Positions 19,529-29,797 of a DNA stretch of 64,000 nucleotides are shown in pieces. The DNA lies in NCBI GenBank assembly GCA_963770565.1, contig CAVYQE010000002.1, positions 96,001 to 160,000 of the forward strand, read 5' to 3'. The translations under genes and the position numbers were made by a program. The DNA is from an uncultured Actinomycetota bacterium. Lineage in GTDB: Bacteria; Actinomycetota; Actinomycetes; JAFAQI01. How positions within the stretch are numbered: the stretch's first letter is position 1; each line of letters opens with the position of its first letter. Below the pieces are notes generated by a model, which saw only the letters and a list, made by a program, of their open reading frames with translations, did not search any database and was not told where the DNA came from.

Positions 19529-21124
19529 GTGCCCGGTGAGACATCTCAAGGCGGTGACTCCGCGACGTTGGCGACCCGGTCGCCGGCGGCCTCGGACGCG
19601 CCCGAGGTGACCGTCTCGGCGGATGGGTCGACCTCGACTGCCGGCCGGTTCGAGCGCTGGATCCGCCCGGGAGTGGTCGTCGTACTCCTCGTCTCGATCG
19701 CGCTGCGCTTCATCGCGCCGTCGCCGCTGTGGCTCGACGAGGCCCAGACCGTCAACATCGCCCATCGCTCGCTCCACCACCTGATCAGCGCGCTGCGGGA
19801 GGACGGCTCACCGCCGCTGTACTACCTGCTGCTGCACGCCTGGATGGCGGTCTTCGGCACGAGCACCTTCGCGGTCCGCGCGCTGTCCGGCATCTTCTCG
19901 GTCGCGTCCCTGCCGGTCATGTACGTCGTCGCGCGCCGGTTCCGGCTGGTCGGCGACTCGGCGTGGGCGGCGGTCCTGCTGCTGGCCACCTGCCCGTTCG
20001 TCGTGCGCTACGGCAGCGAGACCCGGATGTACTCGCTGGTGCTGTTACTCGTGTTGCTGGCGATGCTGACCTATCACTGGGTGTGGACCGACGGCGGGCT
20101 CTGGCCGAACGTCAGCGCCGCGCTCGTCACCGCGGCTCTTGTGCTCACGCAGTACTGGGCGTTCTTCCTGACCGCGACCGCGGTCGTGGCGATCGGCGTC
20201 GCGGCGTGGCGCGGGACCCGGCGGGCGCTGTGGCTGCTGCTACCGATGGCGGTGGGCTGGCTCGCGTTCATCCCGTGGCTCCCGTCGTTCGCCTACCAGA
20301 ACGCCCACACCGGCGCGCCCTGGGGAACTCCGCCCGGCCTCGAGGTGCCGGTCCTGACGATCGGCGCCTGGGTCGGGAACGGGCTGACCGCGCCCGCGCT
20401 GAGCTGGTCCTACTACCTGCTCATCGTCGCCGCAATCGCCGGCTACGTGACCGCGAGCGGGCGGATCAGCCTCGGCCGGCCGCTTCGGCAGTGGCCGACG
20501 CTCGTGCTGGGGCTCGCAATCCTGACCATGCTCGTCGGCACGATCGCCAGCGACCTGAGCGACACGTCGTACTCACCGCGGTACAGCGCGATCGTCGTGG
20601 GACCGATCCTGCTGGTGATCGCCGCTGGCTTCGCGGCCCTGCCGGCTCAGGTGCGTAACGGCGCGATTGCGGTGGTGACCGTGCTCGGTCTTGCGAGTGC
20701 GGCCTTGATCCCTGGTCAGCTGCGGACCCAGGCCGGCCAGGTCGCCACAATTCTCAAAGCAGCCGGGCCGCATGACCTGGTCGTGTTCTGCCCCGATCAG
20801 CTCGGCCCCGCGGTCAACCGGATCGCGCCGCACGAGGGCACCCAGGTCGTCTATCCGAGCTTCGGCTCGGCGGCAATGGTCGACTGGGTCGATTACGCGA
20901 AGCGCAACGAGACCGCCGACCCGCTGGCATTCGCCAAGACCGCGTTGCAGCGCGCGGACGGGCACCAGATCTGGCTGATCTACGCGATCGGCTACCAGAC
21001 CCTCGCGGGTGGCTGCACCTCCCTTTATGCCTCGTTCACCGCTGCCCGCGGCGTACCGATCGATGCCCTGAACCCGCACTCCGCGTTCGAGAAGTACAGC
21101 GTCGCCGAGTTCCCCGCCAAGTAG
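19529..21124 (+). CDS. GT-C fold membrane glycosyltransferase (GT39/PMT_2/ArnT-like)
   Basis: LWLDEAQT, DGSPPLYYLLLHAW, ETRMYSL; multi-TM with extracytoplasmic C-terminal domain. Confidence 0.85.
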   Translation: MPGETSQGGDSATLATRSPAASDAPEVTVSADGSTSTAGRFERWIRPGVVVVLLVSIALRFIAPSPLWLDEAQTVNIAHRSLHHLISALREDGSPPLYYLLLHAWMAVFGTSTFAVRALSGIFSVASLPVMYVVARRFRLVGDSAWAAVLLLATCPFVVRYGSETRMYSLVLLLVLLAMLTYHWVWTDGGLWPNVSAALVTAALVLTQYWAFFLTATAVVAIGVAAWRGTRRALWLLLPMAVGWLAFIPWLPSFAYQNAHTGAPWGTPPGLEVPVLTIGAWVGNGLTAPALSWSYYLLIVAAIAGYVTASGRISLGRPLRQWPTLVLGLAILTMLVGTIASDLSDTSYSPRYSAIVVGPILLVIAAGFAALPAQVRNGAIAVVTVLGLASAALIPGQLRTQAGQVATILKAAGPHDLVVFCPDQLGPAVNRIAPHEGTQVVYPSFGSAAMVDWVDYAKRNETADPLAFAKTALQRADGHQIWLIYAIGYQTLAGGCTSLYASFTAARGVPIDALNPHSAFEKYSVAEFPAK

Positions 21125-21133
21125 CCCGCGCTA

Positions 21134-21191
21134 CCCCACCAATGGGCCATGCGTGGGGCTATAGCCCCACCGATGGGCCATGCGTGTGGCT
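21134..21191. repeat. 31-bp tandem duplication of a hairpin unit (REP-like)
   Basis: CCCCACC(A/G)ATGGGCCATGCGTG(G/T)GGCT at 21134 and 21165; junction forms the perfect 18-bp palindrome GTGGGGCTATAGCCCCAC (21153-21170). Confidence 0.9.
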
Positions 21192-21218
21192 TGACACATT
21201 CCGATAGTGGAATATGTT
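21191..21218 (+). promoter_or_regulatory. SigA-type promoter with overlapping ArsR operator
   Basis: TTGACA-N16-TATGTT with inverted repeat ATTCC-N6-GGAAT in the spacer; GTG 6 nt downstream suggests a leaderless mRNA. Confidence 0.75.
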
Positions 21219-21224
21219 TGGGTC

Positions 21225-21566
21225 GTGGCCCGATCCTCCACGACGTCGGACGTCTTCAACGCGGTTGCCGAGGCGCACCGGCGCGAGATCCTCGACGTAC
21301 TGATCGCCGGTGAGAAGGCGGTCGGGGCGATCGTGGACGACCTGTCGATGTCACAGCCCCAGGTGTCCAAACACCTCCGGGTGCTCAGTGAGGTCGGGCT
21401 CGTCAGGTGCCGGACGGATGGGCGTCGCCGGCTCTACCGCCTGGAGCCAGCGCGCCTTCGGCCGTTTCACGAGTGGCTGGCCAAGTACGAGCAGGCCATG
21501 AACGACCGGCTGGACCGGGTGGACGACTACCTCAAAGAGCTCCAACAACAAGGAGAACGGCAGTGA
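21225..21566 (+). CDS. ArsR/SmtB family regulator
   Basis: DVFNAVAEAHRREILDVL...SQPQVSKHLRVLSEVGLV. Confidence 0.92.
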   Translation: MARSSTTSDVFNAVAEAHRREILDVLIAGEKAVGAIVDDLSMSQPQVSKHLRVLSEVGLVRCRTDGRRRLYRLEPARLRPFHEWLAKYEQAMNDRLDRVDDYLKELQQQGERQ

Positions 21567-22066
21567 CCCCTCATCGACACAGGACGGCCGTCATCGAGTT
21601 CCCGAACGATCTGGAGATCGTGGTCACTCGAGAGTTCGACGCTCCGATCCAGCTCGTCTTCGACGTCTTCACCAAGCAGGAGCATGTGCGCAAGACGTTC
21701 GCTCCATTTGGGGAGGAGGTGACGGTCTGCGATATCGATCTGCGGGTGGGCGGCGACTATCACTACGTCATGGTGACCGACGACGGAATCGAGTGCTCGT
21801 TTCGTGGCACCTTCCTGGAGATCGAGCCGCCGTCGCGGACGGTCGAGACCTGGCTGTTCGAAGGATGGCCGGATGCGGAAGCCGTCGAGACGATCGAGCT
21901 GCACGAGACCGACGGGGTCACGAAGCTCACGTGGACGCTGGCGTTCAGCGACCAAGCCGGCCGGGACCACATGACGAAGTTCGACGGCATCGAAGCGAAC
22001 TTCGACAACGTGGAGGCTTACTTGTGGTCACTGCTCGACACAGACGACACTGTCTCTCATGGGTGA
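21563..22066 (+). CDS. SRPBCC/AHSA1 (CalC-like) protein
   Basis: IVVTREFDAPIQLVF, DLRVGGDYHY, FRGTFLEIEPPSR; GTGA overlap with arsR. Confidence 0.9.
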   Translation: MTPHRHRTAVIEFPNDLEIVVTREFDAPIQLVFDVFTKQEHVRKTFAPFGEEVTVCDIDLRVGGDYHYVMVTDDGIECSFRGTFLEIEPPSRTVETWLFEGWPDAEAVETIELHETDGVTKLTWTLAFSDQAGRDHMTKFDGIEANFDNVEAYLWSLLDTDDTVSHG

Positions 22067-22247
22067 CCCTGACGAGCCCATGCCCGCGCCACTCCCGCGA
22101 GCGTCATTGGCCCGCCGGGTCTGGCATCGGTTCACCCACCTGCTGGATGACCGGGAGCCCGGCGAGTACTCATCGATCGCACCCCGGGACGCGGACGGGA
22201 CCCGCAAGACGATCTTCTTCTTCAACGGCAGCGGACGTGGCCGCTAA
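22059..22247 (+). CDS. Small hypothetical protein
   Basis: 62-aa ORF overlapping the SRPBCC stop and filling the gap to the next convergent gene. Confidence 0.3.
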   Translation: MGDPDEPMPAPLPRASLARRVWHRFTHLLDDREPGEYSSIAPRDADGTRKTIFFFNGSGRGR

Positions 22248-22250
22248 CGC

Positions 22251-22787
22251 CTACCGGATGACGCGGTAGTCGACGAGCAGATGGCCGCTGGGCGAGGCCT
22301 CGCCTCGGATCGCTTCGAGCCGAATCGACGGCAGCCCGTCGAGAAGCCTTCGTCCGCTGCCGACGATTGCCGGCGCGATCACGAGCCTGAGTTCGTCGAC
22401 GACGTCGGCAGCAAGCAGCGCGCGAGCGACCGAGATGCTGGCGTGGACGCCGATGTCTCCTCCGGGCCGATCCTTCAGGTCCCGCACAAAATCGACCAGC
22501 CCGCCATCGACCACGGTCGAATTGGCGAATTCCCGATCGAGCGGCGTGGACGTGGCGACGTACTTCTGCACTCCGTTGATGAACGTCGAGAACGGCTGGA
22601 TTTCACTGCCCGGCCAGAACTCAGCCCACTCCTCGTAGCTACGGCGGCCGAGAATCACCGCGTCCTGCGCGGCGATGACCGCAGCGAGGTTGGTGTCCAT
22701 CGCGTCGTCCCATTCGGTGATGAATCCGTCGGGAGCTTCGGCGACGCCATCGAGGGACAGCAACTCGTACACGACGACCTTGCGCAC
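22251..22787 (-). CDS. RibD C-terminal / dihydrofolate reductase family protein
   Basis: SLDGVAE, ILGRRSYEEW, KYVATST, VDELRLVIAPAIVGSGRRL. Confidence 0.9.
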   Translation of the reverse strand: MRKVVVYELLSLDGVAEAPDGFITEWDDAMDTNLAAVIAAQDAVILGRRSYEEWAEFWPGSEIQPFSTFINGVQKYVATSTPLDREFANSTVVDGGLVDFVRDLKDRPGGDIGVHASISVARALLAADVVDELRLVIAPAIVGSGRRLLDGLPSIRLEAIRGEASPSGHLLVDYRVIR

Positions 22788-22814
22788 GCTCACCACCTCC
22801 AGGTGATCCGAACG

Positions 22815-24269
22815 CTAGCCGGGTGGGCAGGCGGTCAGAACCGTCCACCGCTCCTTCGCCGGACCTGATACGCCGCGGAAGGTGTAGACGGTCCGCAGGT
22901 CGACCGGAACCCGGGGTGACAACCCGACCTGCAGCACTGTGCCGGTCGCGGTCGGGATGATGCCGACCGAGCCGACCGGAACGTTGAGTCGCCAGGCCAC
23001 CAGCGGCACCTGGAACCGCTGAACGTTCAGCGGGCCGCAGCGCAGGATCTCCGCGCGGCCGCCGGCGAGCGCAATCGCATGCGGAAGCGCGGCCGCCAGC
23101 TTGCCGGCCAGCCGTCCGGTGCCGACCCCGGTGTGCACCTGGCGCCCGACGGTCAGCCCGCGCGGGAGGATGCACAACGCCAGCACCAGCCAGACCGCCA
23201 CGAGCACACCGACCGACGCCCTCGACCGCGGCCCCCAACGGGCGACCGCGCGGCACACGTCCGCGACGAACAGCCCCGCCACCACACACGCCAGCGCATC
23301 GCCGGGCAGGAGGTATCGGGGCGCGCCGGTCGCGAAGCGGCCCTGCGCAAGGACGGCGTCCACTACCAACCAGCCGAGTGCGGCCAGGCTGAGCCACAGC
23401 GAAGGACTCGCAACCCGATCGCGTCGCCATGCGACGAGCGAGGCGAGGAAGCCGGCGATGAACAGCACCTCGACCGGCCCGGACAGCAGATGCCAGGTCT
23501 CCCGGATCGTCGCGATGCCCGGTTGACGGGTCAGCAGCGGGCCGCCCTGGCTCTGATGCGTCGCGGCGTTGGCCGACCGGAAGAACTGCCGCGCGCCGAA
23601 CCAGTCGATGACGAACCACGAGAACGGTACGGCGACACCGACCGCGACCGCGAGCAGGCGCCGGCGCCACGACCCGGACCAGGCCAGCCACAGCAGGTAG
23701 CCGAGCAGGAACGGCCACGCCTCCGGCCGCAACCAGCCGGCAAGCAGAAGACAGACCAACACCCAGCGTTTGCGGCCGGCGAGATAGCAGTCGACCGCGG
23801 CAAGCACGGCGGCTGCCGCCATCGGCTCGGACATCCCTTGCACCAACAGGTAGGCGAGGTACTGGTTCGACGCGGCCAGCCCGACCGCGGCAACCGCGCC
23901 GGCGCCCGGGCCGGCGAGCCGGCAGCCCAGCCGGAAGGCGATCGCGAGCGACAACAACGCCGCCGCCCGGGCGGTCACCAACCACAGGATCGGCGCAGCC
24001 GACCCGAAGATGGCAAAGAATGTGTCGAGCGCGATCGCCAGCGGCTTGACCGAGGTTGCCGCCAACCGGGTGTCGAGGTTGCCGTGCAGGATCTCGCGGC
24101 CCCAGATCAGCCATGACCACGGGTCGTAGGCGATGCCCCGCGGCAGCACCAGCAGAGAGAGTGCCGCCAGCGCGACGCTGCCGACCAGCATCACCGGCCA
24201 GCTCGGCAGCCGGCCGACCGAGCGTGCGGACGCGCCGACCGGAGCGCCCGAGACTCGGTCGGCTGGCAT
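22815..24269 (-). CDS. Multi-pass membrane protein, probable GT-C glycosyltransferase
   Basis: YDPWSWLIWGREI first loop, GMSEPM, LRPEAW, PRYLLP; more than 10 TM segments. Confidence 0.65.
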   Translation of the reverse strand: MPADRVSGAPVGASARSVGRLPSWPVMLVGSVALAALSLLVLPRGIAYDPWSWLIWGREILHGNLDTRLAATSVKPLAIALDTFFAIFGSAAPILWLVTARAAALLSLAIAFRLGCRLAGPGAGAVAAVGLAASNQYLAYLLVQGMSEPMAAAAVLAAVDCYLAGRKRWVLVCLLLAGWLRPEAWPFLLGYLLWLAWSGSWRRRLLAVAVGVAVPFSWFVIDWFGARQFFRSANAATHQSQGGPLLTRQPGIATIRETWHLLSGPVEVLFIAGFLASLVAWRRDRVASPSLWLSLAALGWLVVDAVLAQGRFATGAPRYLLPGDALACVVAGLFVADVCRAVARWGPRSRASVGVLVAVWLVLALCILPRGLTVGRQVHTGVGTGRLAGKLAAALPHAIALAGGRAEILRCGPLNVQRFQVPLVAWRLNVPVGSVGIIPTATGTVLQVGLSPRVPVDLRTVYTFRGVSGPAKERWTVLTACPPG

Positions 24270-24465
24270 GCGGAGCACGTTCGTCGCCCCGTTCGTCAGT
24301 GAGGGTGTCGCCGTGCCGGCGACAAGGCAGCAGGCAGACGATATCCGGAGGTTTTGGCCGCCCGCCGACCGCGCATCCTAGGATGGAACGACCGCCATCA
24401 TCGATACGTAGTCGCTCCGCTCCGGACGCTGCGTCCCAGATGCGCGAGAAGCCCGGAGGAGATCG

Positions 24466-25977
24466 GTGTCGCGGCAAGACGAGCAAGTCGTCGTGATCGG
24501 CGCCGGCCCGGCCGGGCTGACCGCTGCCTACGCCCTGGTCAAGGCGGGCAAGCCGGTGACGGTCTTCGAGGCCGATGACGTTGTCGGCGGCATCAGCCGA
24601 ACGGTCGAGCGCGACGGCTGGCGCTTCGACATCGGCGGCCACCGGTTCTTCACGAAGGTCGGTGCGGTCGAAGACCTGTGGCACGAGATCCTGCCGGACG
24701 AGGACTTCCTGCTCCGCCCGCGGATGAGCCGGATCTACTACGACAACAAGCTCTTCGACTACCCGCTGAAGGCGTCGAACGCCCTGAAGAACCTCGGCAT
24801 CGTCGAAGCCGTGAAGTGCGTGCTCTCCTACATCTGGGTACGGATTCACCCACCCAAGGACCAGTCGACGCTCGAAGGCTGGGTGGCGGCACGCTTCGGC
24901 TGGCGGCTCTACCGCACCTTCTTCAAGACCTACAACGAGAAGGTCTGGGGCGTCCCGGCGAGCGAGATCGCCTCCGACTGGGCCGCCCAGCGGATCAAGA
25001 ACCTGTCGCTGTTCAACGCGGTCGTCAACTCCTTGCTTCCCCGCCGCAACCAGACCGAGATCACGACGCTGATCGAGGAGTTCCAGTACCCCAAGTACGG
25101 CCCGGGGATGATGTGGGAGCGGGCGCACGAGCTGGTGACCGCCGGCGGCGGCACGGTCGTGATGGAGACCGGCGTGACAGCGGTCACGCGCGACGACTCG
25201 GGTGCGACCGCAGTCGTGACGACCCATGACGGCAATCAGACGTCGACGCCGGCGAGCGCCGTGGTCAGCTCGATGCCGCTTCCGCTGCTGGTGCTCGCGA
25301 TGGACCCGCCGGCCCCCGACGACGTGCAGCGCGCGGCGCACCGGCTCTCGCATCGCGACTTCCTGACCGTTGCGCTGGTCGTGCCCGCGTCGGCCAGCTT
25401 CCCCGACAACTGGATCTACATCCACTCCCCCGACGTGAAGGTCGGCCGGATCCAGAACTTCGGCTCGTGGTCGCCGTACCTGGTCAAGGACGGCCGGACC
25501 TGCCTGGGTCTCGAGTACTTCGTGTTCGAGGGCGACGAGCTGTGGACGATGCGCGACGATGACCTCGCGGTGCTCGCCGAGAAGGAGCTGATCGAGCTCG
25601 GCCTGGTCGGCAACGGGCAGGTCGAAGCGTCGTTCGTCGTACGGATGCCTAAGGCCTACCCGGTGTACGACGAGGGCTACAGCGACGCGGTCGACGTAAT
25701 CCGTGGCTGGCTCGCCGAGGCAGTGCCGAACGTCTATCCGGTCGGCCGCAACGGCATGCACAAGTACAACAACCAGGACCACTCGATGCTGACCGCAATG
25801 CTCTCGGTCGACAACCTGATGAACGGTGCGTCACACGACGTGTGGGCGGTCAACGTCGAAGAGGACTATCACGAGGAAGACTCTTCGGCGACCAAGCCCG
25901 CACCTGGCGCCGGCACCGGTCGGGGCGCGCCGGTCGTGCCGAGAGCAACCACGAGCAAGCCGAGCGGCAACACGTAG
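24466..25977 (+). CDS. FAD-dependent oxidoreductase, UDP-galactopyranose mutase/protoporphyrinogen oxidase-like
   Basis: [50 protein letters not shown]. Confidence 0.85.
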   Translation: MSRQDEQVVVIGAGPAGLTAAYALVKAGKPVTVFEADDVVGGISRTVERDGWRFDIGGHRFFTKVGAVEDLWHEILPDEDFLLRPRMSRIYYDNKLFDYPLKASNALKNLGIVEAVKCVLSYIWVRIHPPKDQSTLEGWVAARFGWRLYRTFFKTYNEKVWGVPASEIASDWAAQRIKNLSLFNAVVNSLLPRRNQTEITTLIEEFQYPKYGPGMMWERAHELVTAGGGTVVMETGVTAVTRDDSGATAVVTTHDGNQTSTPASAVVSSMPLPLLVLAMDPPAPDDVQRAAHRLSHRDFLTVALVVPASASFPDNWIYIHSPDVKVGRIQNFGSWSPYLVKDGRTCLGLEYFVFEGDELWTMRDDDLAVLAEKELIELGLVGNGQVEASFVVRMPKAYPVYDEGYSDAVDVIRGWLAEAVPNVYPVGRNGMHKYNNQDHSMLTAMLSVDNLMNGASHDVWAVNVEEDYHEEDSSATKPAPGAGTGRGAPVVPRATTSKPSGNT

Positions 25978-27176
25978 TGATTGAAGAAGGTCTGCGTGTT
26001 GGTGAGGTCGTAGGCCCACATCACCAACGCGCAGGATAGCGCCAGACCTGACGGAGTGCGCGGCACGCGGAGGACAACGATCGCGTACGCCGCGAGCAAC
26101 GCCGCCGCGAGCAGCCAGAAGCCCACTTTGTGCCCGTGCTGCAAGAGCAGCGCGGGGATGTTCAGCGCCTTGGTCTTGGCGCCGAGCGCGAGCTGGGCGT
26201 GCACCGCGTCGTGCCACAGGTCGCGCGGGCCGGCGATCAGCCAGGGCAGCCCGATCGCGAACGCGATCGCGACCGAGCCGATCGCCCGGCGCAGGCCGAA
26301 CGACGGCCAGAGCGCGAAGGCCGGCACCAGCAGCACGACCGGCTGCTTGCTCGCCAGCGCGACGGCGAGCGCGACCATCGCGAGACCCGGACGATCGTGG
26401 TCGATCGCAACGATCGCCGCGGCGATCAGCATCACTAGCAGCGGCTCGGTCCACGAGCGGTTGATCAGGTAGACCCAGCCCGGCATCACGAGGAGCAAGG
26501 CGGCGAGCATCGACGACCGGCTGGCGCCGTACCGGCGGAGCAGGACCGCGGACAGCACTGACGCCGCCAACAGACCGAACCGCACATCGCCGGTCAGCCA
26601 GCGAAACGGCGCGAGCACCAGGGTGCTGGCCGGCAGGTACGGATAGACGTTCTGCAGCCCGGTGCTGTGCTGCCAGTGCTGGCGGTAGAGGTCGTCACCG
26701 TGCAGCAGGCCGGTGCTCGACTGCTGCAGCAGGTCCCACACGTCGATGTTCGGGTTGCTGATCAGCACGATGGTCACGACGCCGGCGGCTCCGGCGAGTA
26801 CGACGACGGCGTACCACGCTGCTCGTTGCCACCGCTGCGGAACCACCAGCGCGAGCGCCGCAGCTACCGCCGCGGCGACCCCGAGCAGGTGGATCGCGAC
26901 CAGGTCGCCACCGTGGAGGTAGAGAAAGGCCTTCGACGGCAGACGGACCGCTTCGACGACGCAGACCGCCATCGGCACTGCGAGCAACCGGCAATCAGGC
27001 AAAGCCAGCGACGCACCGCTGCCCGCCACGACCACGACCAGCGCGAAGCCGACCACGATGCAGACCAGCCCGACCGCGCTGTAGTAGCCGGCGTGCGTAT
27101 CGTCGCCGATCGCGAGCAGGCACCAGGCGAGCAGGACCGCGGCGGTTGCGGCCGTGCTGCGACGGGTCGCAGTCAC
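25869..27176 (-). CDS. Membrane glycosyltransferase, GT87-like (GT-C)
   Basis: NIDVW, YPYLP, GDVRF, WTEPLL, ASKQ, QTFFNHY; multi-TM. Confidence 0.7.
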   Translation of the reverse strand: MTATRRSTAATAAVLLAWCLLAIGDDTHAGYYSAVGLVCIVVGFALVVVVAGSGASLALPDCRLLAVPMAVCVVEAVRLPSKAFLYLHGGDLVAIHLLGVAAAVAAALALVVPQRWQRAAWYAVVVLAGAAGVVTIVLISNPNIDVWDLLQQSSTGLLHGDDLYRQHWQHSTGLQNVYPYLPASTLVLAPFRWLTGDVRFGLLAASVLSAVLLRRYGASRSSMLAALLLVMPGWVYLINRSWTEPLLVMLIAAAIVAIDHDRPGLAMVALAVALASKQPVVLLVPAFALWPSFGLRRAIGSVAIAFAIGLPWLIAGPRDLWHDAVHAQLALGAKTKALNIPALLLQHGHKVGFWLLAAALLAAYAIVVLRVPRTPSGLALSCALVMWAYDLTNTQTFFNHYVLPLGLLVVALGTTGAPRPVPAPGAGLVAEESSS

Positions 27177-27239
27177 CCGACCTCCCACTGCCGCTCCGGC
27201 GCCCGCGGCCGGCTGGAGGCGACCCTACCGGCGCTGCGC

Positions 27240-27536
27240 TCAGCCGCCGGCCATCGCGCCGATCACGTAGAACGGCTCGGCGCCGCTCGCGACCGCCGCC
27301 GGCAACGGTGCGTCCGGCGGCTCGTGGGAGAGATCCTCCTCACAAGCGAAGAACCGGATGAATGGGCGGCGCCGCATCGTGGCCGGGTCGCGGATCGTGC
27401 CGGACAGCGCGGGAAATCGCGCCTCGAGCTCATCGATCACGGCCTGCTGGGTCGGCGGATCGGCCACGTCGAGCGTTATCTCGGACCCGATTCCCGCGAG
27501 GGTCCGCAAGTGGTAGGGCAGGACGACGCGGATCAC
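27240..27536 (-). CDS. MoaD/ThiS-family ubiquitin-like protein
   Basis: [15 protein letters not shown]...[10 protein letters not shown] with C-terminal GG; GTGA overlap with the upstream gene. Confidence 0.88.
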   Translation of the reverse strand: MIRVVLPYHLRTLAGIGSEITLDVADPPTQQAVIDELEARFPALSGTIRDPATMRRRPFIRFFACEEDLSHEPPDAPLPAAVASGAEPFYVIGAMAGG

Positions 27537-28648
27537 GCCAGGGTCTGAACTTCCACCGAGAGAACGCGTGGCAGGTCGTGGACGATCGGCTGCCAGCTGT
27601 CGCCGGCATCCGCCGACCCGTAGACCTGACCGCCGGTCGTGCCGAAGTAGATCCCGCACGGGTCGAGGGAGTCGATCGCCATTGCGTCGCGCAGCACGTT
27701 GTGGAAGCAGTTCTCCTGGGGCAGCCCGTTGGTGAGCGGCTCCCACTCCTCGCCGCCGACCCGGCTGCGATAGACCCGCAGCTTGCCCTCGGGCGGGTAG
27801 TGCAGCGAGTCGCTGGTGATCGGTACGACGTAGACCGTGTCGGGCTCATGCGCGTGCACGGCGATCGGGAACCCGAAGTCGCTCGGGAGGTTGCCGCTGA
27901 TCTCGCGCCAATTGCTGCCGCGGTCGTCGCTGCGCATGACGTCCCAGTGCTTCTGCATGAACAGCGTGTCGGGCCGGTCTGGGTGCCGGGTGATCCGGTG
28001 CACGCAGTGACCGACCTCCGCGTCCTCGTCCGGGATGCCACCAGAGCGCAGGCCGCGGTTGGCCGGCTCCCAGGTCTGCCCGGCATCGTCACTGCGGAAC
28101 GCACCGGCCGCCGAGATCGCCACGTGCAGCCGGTCAGGATCGACGGGGTCGATCAGGACCGTGTGCACGCACATGCCGCCGGCGCCGGGTTGCCAGTCGG
28201 GCCCGGTGCGGTGGGTTCGCAGACCGGCCAGCTCGTGCCAGGTCACCCCGCCGTCGGTGGTCTTGAACAGCGCGGCATCCTCCGCACCGGCGTAGACCAG
28301 GTCGGGGTCGGTCGCCGACGGCTCGAGGTGCCAGACCCGGGCGAACTCCCACGGGTGCGGGGTGCCGTCGTACCACTGATGCGTTCCCGGCGTGCCGTCG
28401 TAGGCGAACTGGTTGCCCACCGCCTCCCAGCTGCGGCCGCCGTCATCCGAGCGCTGGATCACCTGCCCGAACCACCCGGAGGTCTGCGAGGCGTAGATCC
28501 GGTCGGGCTCGGCCGGGCTGCCGGCCAGGTGATAGACCTCCCAACCGCCGAAGTGCGGACCGCTCACCTCCCAGTCGGCGCGCCGGCCGTCCGAGGTCAG
28601 GACGAACGCGCCCTTTGCAGTGCCCACCAGCAGTCGTACGCCGCTCAA
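27533..28648 (-). CDS. BNR/Asp-box beta-propeller (sialidase/Ycf48-like), no signal peptide
   Basis: Repeated SxDxGxxW boxes ([44 protein letters not shown]); TTG start after GAGGAG. Confidence 0.9.
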   Translation of the reverse strand: MSGVRLLVGTAKGAFVLTSDGRRADWEVSGPHFGGWEVYHLAGSPAEPDRIYASQTSGWFGQVIQRSDDGGRSWEAVGNQFAYDGTPGTHQWYDGTPHPWEFARVWHLEPSATDPDLVYAGAEDAALFKTTDGGVTWHELAGLRTHRTGPDWQPGAGGMCVHTVLIDPVDPDRLHVAISAAGAFRSDDAGQTWEPANRGLRSGGIPDEDAEVGHCVHRITRHPDRPDTLFMQKHWDVMRSDDRGSNWREISGNLPSDFGFPIAVHAHEPDTVYVVPITSDSLHYPPEGKLRVYRSRVGGEEWEPLTNGLPQENCFHNVLRDAMAIDSLDPCGIYFGTTGGQVYGSADAGDSWQPIVHDLPRVLSVEVQTLA

Positions 28649-28768
28649 TTCGACTCCTCGATTCGTGTGTGAACCCGGCCCGGGTCGGCTTGTGGCCTGC
28701 CGAGCGCCCACAGTTTGGCGTGCACCACTGACATCCGTGGGTCACGAATAGGTTCCGATCAGGAATAC

Positions 28769-29740
28769 CTATGAAGTGCCTACTTTTTGGGCGCGCTGAG
28801 TGGCGAGCAGCAGCCGGTCGCCGGCGGCGAGCACAGGATCGGTCCCGATCCCGAGGTCGACCGTGCCATTACGGACGATCGCAAGCACCAGACCCGCGTG
28901 GTCGCGGCGGATCGCGCTAAGCACCTTTCCGACCGCGGCGGGATCCGCGTCGATCTCGACAAGGGCGTGGTCGTCGGAATCCATCAGCTGCTCGACCAGC
29001 GGGCCGGCGTGCGGGGTCTCGAGGCTCTTGGCCAGGGTGTGCGCGACCAGGCCGTCCACCGAAAGGGTCTGCTGGACGCCGAGCGCTTCGAGCGCATCGC
29101 GAACGGTGTTGGAGTTGGTGAGCGCGGTCATCGGCACGTCGGGCGCCGCGCGTCGGAGCAGCACCGCACTCACCAGCACGTCGCCGTCGTTGGTGGCGGT
29201 GACGAGGATGTGGTCGGCGCCGACCGGCCGGCCGCGGGCAATCACCGCCGGGTCGGTCGGGGCGCCGTGGATGACGTGCACATCGCTCGGGACGAGACTC
29301 GCGTCGAGGTCGCCGATCACGACCACGTCGACGTCGACGGCGTCCAGCTCGCGGACGATGGCGGGAATGGTCTGATGGTTCCCGACGACCAGGCGGTAGG
29401 TGCCGGTCGGGAAGTGACGTTCCATCTGCATGAACCTCCGGATTCCTGCCGAGACCGACGCGCCGGTGACGACCGCAAAGATCGCTCCGAGCAACGGGAT
29501 CGCGGTCAACATGACGAGCGAGGCGACGACGCGGCCGGATGAGTTGTGCGGCGAGATGTCGCCGTACCCGACCGTCGTCGCCGTCGTGACGGCCCAGTAG
29601 AGCGCGCTGCCGTAGCCGATCCCCTGGGTCGCGGCGAACAGACCGGCACCACCGAGCACCACGACGACGAACCCACCGAACAACATTGCGAGGTGCCGGC
29701 GCACGCGAACGCTGAAGAACTTCGCGAGGAAGATCAGCAC
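28769..29740 (-). CDS. 2-TM potassium channel with RCK (TrkA-N/C) domains
   Basis: Selectivity filter TATTVGYGD; Rossmann-like cytosolic domain. Confidence 0.92.
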   Translation of the reverse strand: MLIFLAKFFSVRVRRHLAMLFGGFVVVVLGGAGLFAATQGIGYGSALYWAVTTATTVGYGDISPHNSSGRVVASLVMLTAIPLLGAIFAVVTGASVSAGIRRFMQMERHFPTGTYRLVVGNHQTIPAIVRELDAVDVDVVVIGDLDASLVPSDVHVIHGAPTDPAVIARGRPVGADHILVTATNDGDVLVSAVLLRRAAPDVPMTALTNSNTVRDALEALGVQQTLSVDGLVAHTLAKSLETPHAGPLVEQLMDSDDHALVEIDADPAAVGKVLSAIRRDHAGLVLAIVRNGTVDLGIGTDPVLAAGDRLLLATQRAQKVGTS

Positions 29741-29797
29741 GCGGACAGTGTCCCCGACCGCGGCGCCACATCCCGGCGCGAATCGCGCAGGGTCGGG

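Noticed and set aside
21134-21191. 31-bp repeats as CRISPR
   Set aside because: Only two adjacent copies and no spacer.
22639-25782. 1047-aa minus-strand ORF and other long overlapping ORFs (e.g. 11337-13316, 29546-31309, 15639-17213)
   Set aside because: Arg/Pro/Gly-rich shadow frames of real genes, typical of high-GC DNA, with no recognisable motifs.
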